Assembly (NCBI RefSeq): GCF_000315625.1 | Contig: NW_005434619.1 | Location: 19,170 to 69,104 of the forward strand | DNA: 49,935 nucleotides | Direction: 5' to 3' | Origin: Guillardia theta CCMP2712 | Lineage: Eukaryota > Protista > Cryptophyta | Shown here: in pieces, positions 1-13,200 of the stretch | Layout of the letters: each line of letters opens with the position of its first letter | Numbering within the stretch: position 1 is the first letter of the stretch | The notes under the pieces: model-generated | The model's database searches: none | Told to the model about the DNA's origin: nothing | Seen by the model: only the letters and a program-made list of their open reading frames with translations | Made by a program: the position numbers and the translations under genes

Positions 1-58
1 TTCCTCCTCTCCCCCCTCACATTCTCCTCTTCCCCCTCAACCTCCTTCCTCCTCTCTA

Positions 59-850
59 CCTCGCGCTCTTGCTCTCCCTCGTCACCCACATCCCTTCTTG
101 GCTTTCGTTGTCTTGCCCTCCTTCCTGTCGATTGCGCACTTGCTGCTCTTGTTTGCTGTCACTCAGCGGTTTCTCAGCGGTCAACTCCTCCTTCTCGCGC
201 CTGCTCTTTGCCTCCTTCGTGACTTCCGACGAGCAAGTGCATTCCTCCCTGCAGGTGAAGGAGAAGGCACGAAAGAAAGATGGGGAGAGGGAGGAGGAGG
301 AGGGAGGACGAAGGGGGCGAAGAATCAGGGAGGGAGGAGGGAGGAGTGAGTGAGTGAGTGAGTGAGTGAGGGAGGGAGGGAGGGAGGGAGGGAGGGTGGG
401 TGGGTGGGTGGGTGGAGGAGGGAGGGAGGGAGGGTGGAGGAGGGAGGGAGGGTATGAAGGGGCAATGTCTTTTCGCTTCATAGGATCAGAGTCAAGTACC
501 TCTGAGATCGTCGGGTCGTCATGACTCCATCGTCTACAACAGCACACATCACTGCTCGCCTCCTTCCCCTCACGCCAGCATCACGTCACAGAGGCTGAGA
601 TCAGCCCTCCTCCTCGCAACCGCATCACCTTGATCAGATCAGGCGAGCATGCCAATGAGCAGAGCAGAGACTCACTGGACGTTGTGCTAGCGGCATCTTC
701 GATTCCTGAGTTTCAAACCTCAGATCCCTGGGATCGGGTAGCACGGAGTACCAGAATTGCCGATGTTGCCTGCTGTGCATGCAAGAGCAGCACGAGGCAG
801 CAGAGAAGAAGCTGCGCCATGCAGGACAAGCAGATGCTCTTGGCCTTCAT
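59..850 (-). CDS. 5' part of a spliced gene (continues off the left edge); signal peptide followed by a possible RLRGG motif; product unknown
   Basis: ATG at 850 gives MKAKSICLSCMAQLLLCCLVLLLHAQQATSA-IL, a hydrophobic signal peptide with an AxA-like site. Short GT-AG introns join it to ESKMPLAQRP|VMRLRGGG. A charged exon at about 248-59 (EECTCSSEVTKEAKSRREKEE...) is bounded by CTGCAG and GTAG. The phase of the middle exons is ambiguous. Confidence 0.5.
340..452. repeat. Intronic compound microsatellite (GAGT)n(GAGG)n(GGGT)n
   Basis: Tetranucleotide runs read directly. Confidence 0.9.
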
Positions 851-924
851 CCGCTGGAAACCTTCCCTAGAGATTTCAACGCAAGTTTCAGCTCTACTGT
901 TCATCCATTTCTCCGTTCTGCTGA

Positions 925-1570
<646 letters not shown>

Positions 1571-2068
1571 TGAAACAGCTTTTATAAGTCTGGAGAGCGA
1601 GTTATTTGGTTGCTGCTGCAGCGAAGGACAGGGCAAGAGGAGCGAGGAGCGACAACAAGGAGAGGGGAAGAGAAGAGGAAGAAGGAGAGGGAGAGAGGAA
1701 TAGGAAGAGGAAGAGGAAGAGGAGAAAGGAGAGGGAGAGGGCAAGGAGAGGATAGTGCAGGGGACGGCGAAAGGTTAACAAGTTCAGGAGTCGTCACAGC
1801 TCCTGCATGGTTTTGTGGGCTTGTTCGCCAGGACCGTTAGAGCGCGGGGGCAAATTGAAGGAGGAGGACGAACGAAAAGGGTTCAATTGCGCTTGAGGTT
1901 GGGAGGAAGAAGGAGAATCAAAGCAGAAAGTTGAAACATCTTGTTAAATCAGTGCTTGCATTGAGATCGAAGTGGTAGTCTTGTCGCGGTAGGGGCATGC
2001 GGGCCGGCTGGAAGGATCTCCCGTCCTTGTGAGGGCTTGTTTGCGAGAGCTAGATCAACGTCGACATC

Positions 2069-4222
2069 ATGAGCAGCGATGAGACCACGAGCGAGCAGCC
2101 CGCGCGGCCCATCATCACTGAGAAGTACAAGCTACTGGGCAAACTCGGGCAGGGGAACTACGGGCACGTGTACCTGGCGCAGGACCTGGAGACGAACGAG
2201 AAGGTGGCAGCCAAGGTTCTCTTCAAGAAGCCTTACTGGAGCGCGACCGAGTTCCAGACGCGGGTGGCAAAGGAGGTGACGGCCCTGCAGCAGGTGCATC
2301 ACAGGAACATCATCAAGCTGTTGAATCACTTCCGAGATGAGAACGACGAGCGGTACTGGGTCATCATGAAGCTCGCCACGGGAGGAGAGCTCATGGACAG
2401 GATCCTGCACAGGTTCGAGAACGGGAAGGGATACACGGAGGCGGAAGTGAGCAGGATCATCAGCGATGTCCTGTCTGCCCTGAAGCACATGCACGACCGG
2501 CGGATCGTCCATTGCGATCTCAAGCCGGAAAACATCCTCTTCGAAACGCCAGACGAGGACAGCAACCTCTGCATCGTCGACTTGGGCTTCGCTTCCCTCT
2601 GCGAGGACGGGGAGTTCCTTTCCAAGTTCCAGGGCACGCTGGACTACATGGCGCCGGAGCTGCTGGGACGAGGGCAGAGACGGTACAACGCCAAGGCCGA
2701 CGTGTGGAGTGTGGGATGCTTGCTGTACGTGCTCCTGTCGGGAGCTCTTCCCTTCCGCAGGCGATGGTCGGACTGCGACGCGAGGACAGCTGACATCCGA
2801 GTGCGGGACCTGATCCTCAAGGGGCAGGTAGACACTGAGAGCGGGCCCTGGCAGTCAGTCGCTCCTGCAGCGAAGCAGCTCGTGATCTTGATGCTCTCTA
2901 AGGACCCTGAGCGCCGCCCGAGCGCTGCCGAGTGCCTCGAGAACGAGTGGCTGAGGGGAGGAGCGCCGGCCAACGACCTGTCAGACCGAGTCCTGCAGGA
3001 GCTGAGAAGGTTCAACAGCAGCCGAGGGTGCGACAGTTACTCGTCGCACACCATCAGTGGGATCGTGACGCACAACGCGTCTCCCTCCGCCCTCGCAGCG
3101 ATCTCTGCCCAGCACTCCGCCAACTCAGTTTCGCATGCCAACATCCTCGCGCGAGAGGGAGGGATCCAGCCCCTAGTCTCGCTGGGGTACAGTAAGGATG
3201 AGACGGAGAGGAACAGCGCGGCACAGGGGCTGGCGAACCTTGCCATGAAGACCGAGTACCAGCAGAGCATCGTGGATGGAGGAGGAATCCGCCTCCTCTG
3301 CTTCCTTGCGCTGGCCGATGGCTCTCCTGCACAGAAGTTCTCAGCTGCATTGGCATTCAACAACCTTGTCAGCAACTCCGTCCTCCGTCTCCCCATCGCT
3401 CTCGAGCATGAGAGGTACGATGCTCACGAGGGGGGCAGAGAGCCAGCTCAGGTGATCCCCGTCCTTGCCAAACTGGCCACGGACGCCATGGGGAAGGATG
3501 GGGAGAAGAGAACGCTCCTACAGGCGGTCTCAGCTCTCAGCCAGCTGGCAAGGGAGGCGTCTCTGCACGACAAGATCCAGGAGGCAGGAGCCCTCCCCCT
3601 CATCATGTACTCAGCTGACCCTCAGCTGCGCTGCCCCCTGTCGTTCCGCAAGACGGCGCAGAGCGCCATCGAGTTTGTCCTCACCGTCGCTGTCCCCGAT
3701 GGGACGCAGGCGGTGGAGCGGAGGCTCCGAGCGCTGCAGTCGAGGGCGGAGCTGAACGACGCTCTTGCGCGCGACCACCAGAGGAAGCAGATGCTGCTCA
3801 TGCAGAAGAGCTGCCGGGATGCGACTGCCTCGGACAAGCTTGCTCCCTTGGGGATGGGGGAGACGACGGGGAAGAGACCGTGCGAGGCCCTCAGCTGGGA
3901 CAGCGACGGCTATCACCAGGAGCCGTCACGCGCCATGAGCATGGATAGCCCGTCGAGCTCTCCGGGGCTGCACCCGTCACAGGCGGCATGGAACCACTAC
4001 CCCGCTGGGTTCTGGGAGGAGGCTTCAGGGATCGAGCAGGACGAGAGACAAGCCAAGGTCGCTGCTGACTGGGCCGCCGCATGCATGCGAGCGCTGGAGC
4101 AGCTCGAGAAGAGCCCTCACCTCAAGGCGGCACTAGCGCAGATCGGCATCGCCACATTGATCCCTACCCAGGTCGCGCTGTCGCCTGACTCCGCTCAGAG
4201 CTCAAGGAGTTCAAGCACGTAG
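2069..4222 (+). CDS. CaMK/CDPK-like Ser/Thr protein kinase fused to C-terminal armadillo repeats (717 aa, single ORF)
   Basis: GQGNYG loop, VAAK, HCDLKPEN, DLG (for DFG), GTLDYMAPE, DVWSVG and RPSAAECL are present. A CaMK-like LRRFNSSR segment follows, then ARM-like repeats (EGGIQPLVSL...AAQGLANLA; DGGGIRLLCFL...AALAFNNL; EAGALPLI). Confidence 0.92.
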   Translation: MSSDETTSEQPARPIITEKYKLLGKLGQGNYGHVYLAQDLETNEKVAAKVLFKKPYWSATEFQTRVAKEVTALQQVHHRNIIKLLNHFRDENDERYWVIMKLATGGELMDRILHRFENGKGYTEAEVSRIISDVLSALKHMHDRRIVHCDLKPENILFETPDEDSNLCIVDLGFASLCEDGEFLSKFQGTLDYMAPELLGRGQRRYNAKADVWSVGCLLYVLLSGALPFRRRWSDCDARTADIRVRDLILKGQVDTESGPWQSVAPAAKQLVILMLSKDPERRPSAAECLENEWLRGGAPANDLSDRVLQELRRFNSSRGCDSYSSHTISGIVTHNASPSALAAISAQHSANSVSHANILAREGGIQPLVSLGYSKDETERNSAAQGLANLAMKTEYQQSIVDGGGIRLLCFLALADGSPAQKFSAALAFNNLVSNSVLRLPIALEHERYDAHEGGREPAQVIPVLAKLATDAMGKDGEKRTLLQAVSALSQLAREASLHDKIQEAGALPLIMYSADPQLRCPLSFRKTAQSAIEFVLTVAVPDGTQAVERRLRALQSRAELNDALARDHQRKQMLLMQKSCRDATASDKLAPLGMGETTGKRPCEALSWDSDGYHQEPSRAMSMDSPSSSPGLHPSQAAWNHYPAGFWEEASGIEQDERQAKVAADWAAACMRALEQLEKSPHLKAALAQIGIATLIPTQVALSPDSAQSSRSSST

Positions 4223-4489
4223 GACAGCGGGCAAAGTAGAGGAAGGGGAGTTGCGGGGAGATGTAGGAAGAAGTTCAGGGTGAAGGGAAGTTGGGAGAAG
4301 GAGCCTGGAGAGCCTCCTCGGAGGAATGAGGTGTGGGGATCTAGTGTGGAGGGAGACTCGAATGTGGAAGGCGGAGGAAAAGTAGGTGATCTTGTGGTAT
4401 GAAGAGAAACAAAAAAGTGAATGACCGATGTCAATCAACTTGGCAAATGGAATCCGCTAATGAATCGAAAAGAATCGCGACTTTGAGAG

Positions 4490-4625
4490 CTGGCCCACTC
4501 AGCCTGACGGTGACCCGTTGAGTCACTGCCTCTCTGTGTGGGCCGGGCCCGCCGGCCGTTCGCCGGGTCACTGAGAGTCCCGGCGGTCCCCGGTCCGTCC
4601 TCGCAGTACACCAAGCGTACGGTTT
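4490..4625. other. CCGG/GTCAC/CAGT-rich intergenic block
   Basis: gggccgggcccgccggccg, gagtcactg, gggtcactgagagtcccggcggtccccgg; lies downstream of the kinase stop. Confidence 0.65.
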
Positions 4626-4634
4626 GTGTCAACA

Positions 4635-4790
4635 TGGAATAGGGTGGGGGTGATCAATAATTTTTCCTGGAGTGGGTAGGGTATAACTTGGACCCTTATG
4701 AAATAGACTTTTTGGTCTCAAGATGGGGGTATTAGTGTCACGGGGTAGTTTAGGAGGGGTAAGGTATATTTTTGAATGGGGGTAGGGTGG
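4635..4790. other. GGGGT/GGGTA-rich intergenic block
   Basis: Repeated gggtggggg, gggtaggg, ggggta words on the + strand. Confidence 0.65.
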
Positions 4791-4842
4791 CGAGATGAAA
4801 GATGGAATCTGAAGGGGGAGGAGAAGCAGACTCGGAGAGAGG

Positions 4843-5411
<569 letters not shown>

Positions 5412-5720
5412 GAGGAGGAGGGAAGGGAGCGAGGAGAAAGGGAATGGGGAAGAGGGATCATGGGGAAAAGAGAGAGTTCAAAGAGTAGTTAGAGACAGTG
5501 ACGATCATGCAAAGAGGAAGAATTGCAAACTTTTCTTGTACTCTCTTCCAAACTGTCCCATGTATCAAAGATTCTTTTGTTGATGGAGTGAGGGCAAACA
5601 AGGAAGATGGGAAAATATGCTGCGATTCATCCCACAAGACATGACAACAGTGACTTTTGCTGTGCTTTGATAGACACCGCAGGGTCGTTGTTCGGCGTTT
5701 GACAAAGCTCTCAGTTCAAG

Positions 5721-8142
5721 TTGGAGAAGATGTACAACGACGAGACTCACGTATCTTATGCTAGTTTGCGGAGTGAAGGCACTTCAAGCACAGGTCCCTT
5801 GCCCACACATGAACCGTTCCTGAAGCAGCTCACGTCAGTTTCAGGGAGTTACGAGAAGGAGACAGGAATGTACAACTCGTCCGAAGAGTCGGAGGTGCCC
5901 TCAAGAGCTGACTTGGAGGACGAGGGTGAAATGGATCCGAGGCATGTAGAAGACATTGTGCTGAGGCGTGCGGACAAGTACAAAGTGCCGATAAAGATCC
6001 CTGACGTTGGAATTCTGGGGGACGATGTGCCTGGAGATTCTTTCGATAGGATCGCATCCTCCTCTTCCGCGTGCTCCAACATCTTCCACGCGATCCTGCA
6101 GCGATATCACATCTCGCAGGACTACGTTCGCTTCTGCTTGCAGTCACTCGGTACGTGCGGTCGACGCCTCTGAGTCGTCTCTGACTACTGGTGGGGGAGC
6201 AGCGAGCCGGGACGTGAGGGGACTGACGTCGTTAGAGTACGACATGCAGGTCGAGAGCCTCGCACGTCAGCTCGATGTACGACTTCAGTCCCGTGGCTCC
6301 CTCGGGCTCATCCTCTTGTCCGTCAGGTATCGGACTCCCACGTGCAAGAGCTTGTGAGAATAGGGGACCAGCAGCAAGAAACACTCCTGCTCTTGCAAGA
6401 GGAGGTTCAGAAGAAGGTGATGGAACAAGGAGACCCCCGTGATTACTGATAGCATGCTCACAGGAAGGACACACTCAGTTCCGACTGAAGAACATGGAGG
6501 CCTACCTTGGAAGTCTGCTGGAGGTGAGGGCTGTCACGTCCAGTCCCTCGGCCTCAGAGGTTGTGCAGGAGAAAGATCAAACCATCCGATCTCTCCAAGA
6601 GAAGATGGAAAGCTTGGAAAACGGGTGAGATTGACCCAAACTTTGCGTCCTCGATCTGACCTGACGCCTTTCCCCCTTGACAGCATGGAAGCAAAGGCGG
6701 TAATGGACCATGTCTCTAGATGACTCTTTCTTAATGAACCTTTCGTTGTGCTAGGAGGAAAGAAACGCACCGGACGTCGAGAACGAGTATCAGCAGCACA
6801 TCACGGTATGTAGTCTCCACGTTATAACGTGTGTCTGCTACCACCAAGAGCTGACCGCTCTCGCCCAGGCGCTCGAGCGGGAGCTGAATGAAATCAAGGC
6901 AGGAGCATGATAGGAGGCGCTCCCGTCGTGCTCTGACGCTGTTGTGTCCCCCAGCTGCATGCGAAGGAGATGGAGAAGCAGGGGGTGGACCTTCAGCTCC
7001 AGACGGTCATGGTGAGTCCTCAAGGCTACCCGACATTTGCCATGTGACATGGGAGCAGGTCACCGAGAACGTGCACAAGATGAGTCTAGAGCTTCAGCGA
7101 GAAATCAAGAGGATAATGTTCATCCTGCGCTCCGATCACCTCGAGCAAGACAATGTCGTCGAGCAGTTGCTGGTGAAGGCGGCAGACCAGGCGATCGTCT
7201 CCCATGGCTCCCCCGCGGCAGCTGACGGCCTTCCCTTCAGGTGGGGCTCATACAGTACGTGCTTGACGAGGCTCATGACCGAGCGACCGCGTCCGAGGAG
7301 CATCGAGTTGGAGCTCAGCAGAGTCCCAGAGCCCGAGGCCACACGTCGATGGCTGGAGGGGAGGAGGAGGAGCCTTCCGTTGTCCATGGGGACGAGGAGG
7401 CGGGTCAGCGTTCGAGGTCAGGCAAGCTTCTGCTCCTGATGTGCAAGTGACGTCGCCAAGAAGCTCGGAGCTGGACGACGCGAGCATGAGTGCGTTTGCA
7501 AACTTGCAAGAGAGGTGAGGAGGAGGAGGGATCAACGTCACGGTTGTGACATGTACAACAGGCTAGCGAATGCTGAGGTAGGGTTCTGTCCATCGTGCCA
7601 GCTGGTTGACATTGATAGGCTATCTACGGGAGCTACATCTTCGGGAAGGCTCTCTTGCGGTATCCGGTCAAAGGTGACCACACTACGACAAGCAGTCTCA
7701 TCATCGCTAACTGCCGCCTGTCTAGACATGTCCCCAATATCTCCGCCACCGTCATTCCGCGGTTTCGAACAACAAGAACAGCCGACACAGCAACTGTTCT
7801 GCTAGCAACCAGCGTAAAGACCAGCGTAACAACGTCAGGAATGCTCACGTCTACATTCCAGCCTCAGAGTTTTGTCATAGAAATCTCTTGTGCTCTGCTC
7901 CAAACCACACAACAAGTTGCAAGTTAGAACCCCGGTCAAAGGGTGCAGAAAGGGACGAATCCTCTTTGCAAAGGAAACGCACTTGGCAGCTGGGGATGAA
8001 TGATTGCAACAGCATTTCGACTCCACCACACAACAAGTTTGTGCGAATGCACTCTAGAATGCTCTTCTACAGTTTCATGACAATGAGTCCGTCTAGTGGG
8101 CCGCCGAATTGTCCACGTCGTACTGGTGCAGGTGCTGTTTGA
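5721..8142 (+). CDS. Multi-exon gene, unknown protein with coiled-coil segments; boundaries approximate
   Basis: Chain of open exons bounded by GT/AG: ...GDSFDRIASSSSACSNIFHAILQRYHISQDYVRFCLQSL; LEYDMQVESLARQLD; LHAKEMEKQGVDLQLQTVM|VTENVHKMSLELQREIKRIMFILR; AIYGSYIFGKALLRYPVK. No family recognised. Confidence 0.55.
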
Positions 8143-8866
8143 CACGAAGCGTCAGGCATGAAACGAGAACATCATCTTCACCAAGGGGTGCTTGGTAGCA
8201 ACCACGTTCCTGGGTGGAAAAAGGGAGCCATTATTGCACAACCCGACCTGTTCCATCTTGTCAGCTTGTCTTCGATTCCATCAATTCGCAACAGGTACCA
8301 CTGCTGTGCTGAAGGCGAACAGAGGACAGGCGATCATTGCCATCCTCACAGAGCCAAACCTCGCTCCAACCACTCCACTTGCAGCGCAGGCACCAATCAC
8401 GTGGTTCAACAGGTCGTCCTTCCCGCGAACCGACTCGCTCGCTGCTGCTGTCGCTGTGTATACTCCTCCGACCGCTGCGACTGTGACGGTGGACGTGACC
8501 ATGTTCGATAACATCTTTGGAGAGATTGCAATCTTGCCCGTGCCGGCCTGCCTCTGTAGAGCCAGACCGTCAAGAATTTCATACATGAAACGCATGAAGG
8601 CAAGAGACAAATGGCGGCTTCACCAATCACTCTTCAGGTACGGCCCCCCCTCCCTCTTCCCCTCCTCTCCCCTCTCCTCACGCCCTCTAATGCTTGATAT
8701 CATCAACAGAGTCAGACGTTTACCTCGCCCAGAATAGCATTGACGGTCCCCACCATCAATCCAATCATCCCCCCGCTAGCGGTAGCCCCACTGATCTTCT
8801 CAAAGTTGCTATGCGGAGTTAGACGGGAATAGACGATGAATCGTGATGATACCTCGGCTCAGTCAT
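8093..8866 (-). CDS. Tim17/Tim22/Tim23-family membrane protein (possibly NDUFA11/B14.7-like), spliced
   Basis: Model MTEPS|NFEKISGATASGGMIGLMVGTVNAILGE...VAAVGGVYTATAAASESVRGKDDLLNHVIGACAASGVVGAR; RGKDDxxNxxxGxxxxG is the family (PRAT) signature. The 3' exons are tentative. Confidence 0.8.
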
Positions 8867-9122
8867 GGCGTTGGGACGATGTTCCTGCTTTCATGGCAAT
8901 ATCAAGAGCCGAACATTGGAAATGAACAGGAAGAGAAAACAACGAGTTCGCGTAAGAACACAACCGCAATCTCATATCCATGAGAAATCTGGAAATTTTG
9001 AGCAACATGATCTCATTGAATGCCAATCGAGGTTTGGCTACAGTTTTTCTCTACATTACTTCATGAAATACCCTACTGTCTCTCTGCTTCTGCAGGCTCA
9101 TCTCTCCTCTACCACTAACATC

Positions 9123-9157
<35 letters not shown>

Positions 9158-9384
9158 CTCTCCATATTCTTCTTTTCTACCCTCCTCCTCTCCATATTCT
9201 TCTTTTTCTACCCTCCTCCTCTTCATATTCTTCTTTGTCTTTCTATCCTCCTCCTCTTCATATTCTTCTTTGTCTTTCTACCCTCCTCCTCTGCCTTCCC
9301 CTTCTTCTTCCCGCATTGTTCCCCTGTTGCTTTCCCCGCTTGCCTCCCCTCTGCCATCTCCGCGACCTCTCCTCCACCCCTCCT

Positions 9385-9780
9385 CAAGGTGTCCAAATGT
9401 ACCCCAAGAATACTACCCCCTACCCCACTTTTTGATTCACATACCCTATCTGTCAGTATCAGATACCCCTCACTATCCATTGAATCTCTATCAGACCTGC
9501 GACTAGTACCCTACCCACCATCTATCCCTTTCACTCACCACCCTACCTTTTTTCAATACACCCCCTTGTCTTCAAAAAACATCACCCCTACCCCGTCAGA
9601 TCGGTTCCTCCCACTCTTCCCCATATGATTACTACTACCCCATCAAAGATCCATCTCATTGGGGGTGATGGTACCCACCCCCCCACACTATCACCCCTGC
9701 AAATTATATAGTGCTGTTCTCCGATGACCCGTACATCGTGAGTAGGTCTCAACCCCTGGAGGTTTGGAGGTACTCCTACA
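9385..9780. other. Intergenic block enriched in (T/C)ACCCC motifs
   Basis: Dense TACCCC/CACCCC words on the + strand between the divergent Tim17-family and channel genes. Confidence 0.7.
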
Positions 9781-10268
9781 CAATTTGAGCTCAAAATTTT
9801 GAAATTGAGCTATAAATCTGAAATATTTCATGATTGCAATGAATATAATTTTATATCAGTGCTTATGAGTTATACGCATATTATGTATAATTATGTATAA
9901 ACTGCAGATGCATACCCCTTCGCCTCAATGGCGGCATGCAAGGAGGGGGGGAGGAAGCGGCAGGAGGGGAGCGGGTCATGGCGACGAGGGGAGAGGAGGC
10001 CTAAGTCAAGACATGCAGTATGATTGTTGACATTACTGCGTCTTGACGACGCTTTTCGTACGGTATCAGCATTCCACGGGCGATACAACCCTTGTCGAGT
10101 GGTGCCTTCGGCAGTAGGGGCCAGTCTTTGATATGAAAGTGCCTTTGCCTGAAGACAGAGCGTGAAGAGTGTGAAAGAACTCTCTAGAAGCATTGATAAG
10201 ACAGGTTGAGAGGAGCCTTTACTTACTTGCACTCTGAGGTTCTGCCTTGATACAACAGATCCACCAAG

Positions 10269-13200
10269 ATGCATACCGACCAGGAGCTGGCGGAAAGGGA
10301 GTACACGAAACACTTCTCCCAAGAGAGGATCTGGCTGAGGAACTTCGTCAGGAGCAGTTATTTTGCATTCATCATCTACGCGCTCATTTTCTTCAACACG
10401 ATACTGATAGCGTTGAACGACATCAAAGATGACTACGATCCCACTTCAAGGCTCAAGGACGTGAACAAGATTGCTGATTGGCTGATCGTCTCTGTCTTCA
10501 CCGCCGAGATGTTCCTGAAGATGGCAGCCCTTGGGATCGGCTTCAGGCCTCCTCTCTCCCGCAACGTCGACCCCGAGCTGGCTGGATACTTTGCGAGTGC
10601 ATGGAATCGGCTCGACTCGTTTGTTGTGCTGATGAGTTGGATCTTGATCCCCATAGCCAACGTGAGCGGGTCAGGAGTTAAGAAGTTGGTGCAGATTTTC
10701 CGTCTCACTCGCCCCCTGCGAGCCTTGAGAGAGCTGCGCAACCTCAAGGGAGTCTCGGCCCTGATCGAAACCTTCCCGGTCAGCATGGCTTCGTTCTTCG
10801 ACGTCACCTGCCTCCTCCTGTTCTGCCTCGTTGTCTTCGCCACGCTGGCGCTCAACATCTGGGGCCTCGAGGGCAGGTTCAACGCGAGGTGCGTCGTGGA
10901 TTCGACGGACAAGACCAGGAGCCTGCAGGTTGCCGGTTTCCTTCAAATGCCATCCCCTGTGCTCTGCTCGGGGTCGAACTGCTCTGCTGGATTTCACTGT
11001 TCCTGTACTCCTCTCGTGCTCTCTGACGGCTCCATCGCGCGCAAGCCTTACGAGTACACCGACCCGCTGACGGGAGACGTCGGCTGCCTGAGGCAAGGGA
11101 CCTCCCAGCCATGGACCAACGGGATCGAGACGGTCGACCCCGTCTGTCCTGACCTTGGCTTCTCTTGCTGGAACAACGTGGGGTTGGGAATGTACACAGC
11201 CTTCAAGGCGGTGACGCTTGAGAACTGGTCACAGCTGATGTGGTGGGCTCAGGACGCAGGCAACCCCACTGTCGGATGGATCTTCTTCCTCTTCCTCGTT
11301 ATCCTTGTCTCGCTCAACATCCTCAATCTGTACGTGGCGTGTATGAGCAACTCGTACAGGATCGTGAAGATCCGCAAGGAGGAGGAGCTGCAGCTCCAGC
11401 AAGAGGAGGAGAAGCTCGGCATCCATGAGGGGATCGGTGGGACCGAACTGCAGGAGTTGGACGACCCGCTGCTTGCAGGGGAGAAGAAGGTCACGTGGAA
11501 GGACAGGTTCCAACAGCTTCTGGAGCTGATCACAGCGGACTATCAGATAGCACAGAACCAGGAGGTTCTGAATCCGCTCTCGCATGCTCTGAGGAGGATG
11601 TTTCTGTATCCCAACAGCGTGGACGAGTGCGGCAACAGGATCCCAAGCGCGATCGAGAAGATGGCGAGAGACAGGGAGATCGCGATCACGTGGGGGCCTG
11701 AAGTGTGCCGCTTCCGAATGTACGCGCTGAGCAGCGACGTACAGCTGCTTCCCGAGCTGAGAGTCGAGGGCGAGGAGACGAAGAGCGGCGGCAACGAGCC
11801 GTGGGGAGCGAGTTCTTCGGCTGATATGACTGAACTCCTTGAGGAGGGTGTGGACTCTACGGTGAACAAGGTCGAAGTCCGAAACGTCCTCCTCAAGTAC
11901 AAGAGGCTGGTGGAAGAGAGGGAGACAAACTTCTCGCTGTACGCTCGGATCGAGCCTGTGCCGTACGCTGATGTGTTCATCCTGTCTTGCATCGTGATCA
12001 ATGCTGCGAGTAGCTGCATGGACCATTTCTCGGGGGCTCCTGTCCCCACCAAGTTCCCGGCAAGCCTCTCCTGCTGCAACCCTGAATGTACAGTGAGGAG
12101 CGACATCCAGTGCCCCAGGGGGTTGGAGCAGATGAGGTCAGTCTGGTTCAACGTGATTTTTGCCTTCGAGCTCATCTTCAACGTCTTCTTCACGGTCGAG
12201 GTCGGGCTGCGAGTCTTGTCCTGGTGGAGCTTCCGCATGTACATCCTGCATCAGTATCCCTCCAACGTGATCGACTTCCTGGTCGTCTTCGTCTCGGACG
12301 TCCTCTTCCTCCTCCAGTTCGTTGTGGGCAACCTCTTCAACGCCTCCCTCCTCCGGTTGATACGGCTGACGCGATTGATCCGTGCCCTCAAGTCCATCAG
12401 GCAGATCGAGATCGTGTTCAACGTCATGAGCAAGGGCTTCGCCGCCTTTAAGATCTGCATCTACGTCTTCCTCATCCTCCTCGGCTGGCACATCCTCATG
12501 GCCCTGTTCGCCATGCAGCTCTTCCGATGCCCTGTGCAGGACAGCGCTGTCTGCTACCGTGTCAACGCCTCCCTCCCCTGCCCGAAGTTCTGCTCGCAGG
12601 AGATCCAGGGCGAGTGCTACTTCACGTACAACGAGCTGTGGGATCACTGCCCATGGTCTCCCCATCAGAACTTCAACACGTTCGCCAATTCTATCACCCA
12701 GTTGTTTTTTGCCACCACCACCGACGGGTCGTTCACCAGTAACATGCAGAGCGCGATGCGGAGCAGCGATTCGGTCTTGCCAGGCCTCCTCTTCTTCCTC
12801 GTTTTCTACTTCATCTCCTTCTACGGCATCACCAACCTCCTCATCTGCGTTATCCTGGACGAGTTCGAGCCCTCGGACAAGCTCAAGGCTGAGCTGCAAG
12901 TGGATGACTTCAGGAAGAAAGCGGTGGAGAAGCTGTCAAGGAGGATGATGCGAGAGGGGCACTCGGTGGATGACATCGAGCAGGCCATAGAGGAGCAGCG
13001 GGACATCGACTCCTACATCCAGATGATGAAGGAGGAGGAGGCTAAGGAGTCGATAGCCGAGGTCTGGTCCCTTTCCTTCCTCCACCCTCCTCAGCCCAAC
13101 GCGACCTCGCCCGAGCTGGACAAGAACTTCAGGTGGTACATCAGGAACCTGGTCGAGAGCTCACTCTTCCGCGTGTTCATGATGACCACCATCCTCGTCT

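Noticed and set aside
6899-7240. Two apparent GC-AG introns (6899-6954, 7191-7240)
   Set aside because: Plausible, but in-phase GT alternatives or exon skipping exist, so they cannot be established without transcripts
7538-8145. Separate minus-strand gene (FLHPLTG, superficially Atg10-like)
   Set aside because: No catalytic HPC motif; the region is better explained as 3' exons of the + strand gene
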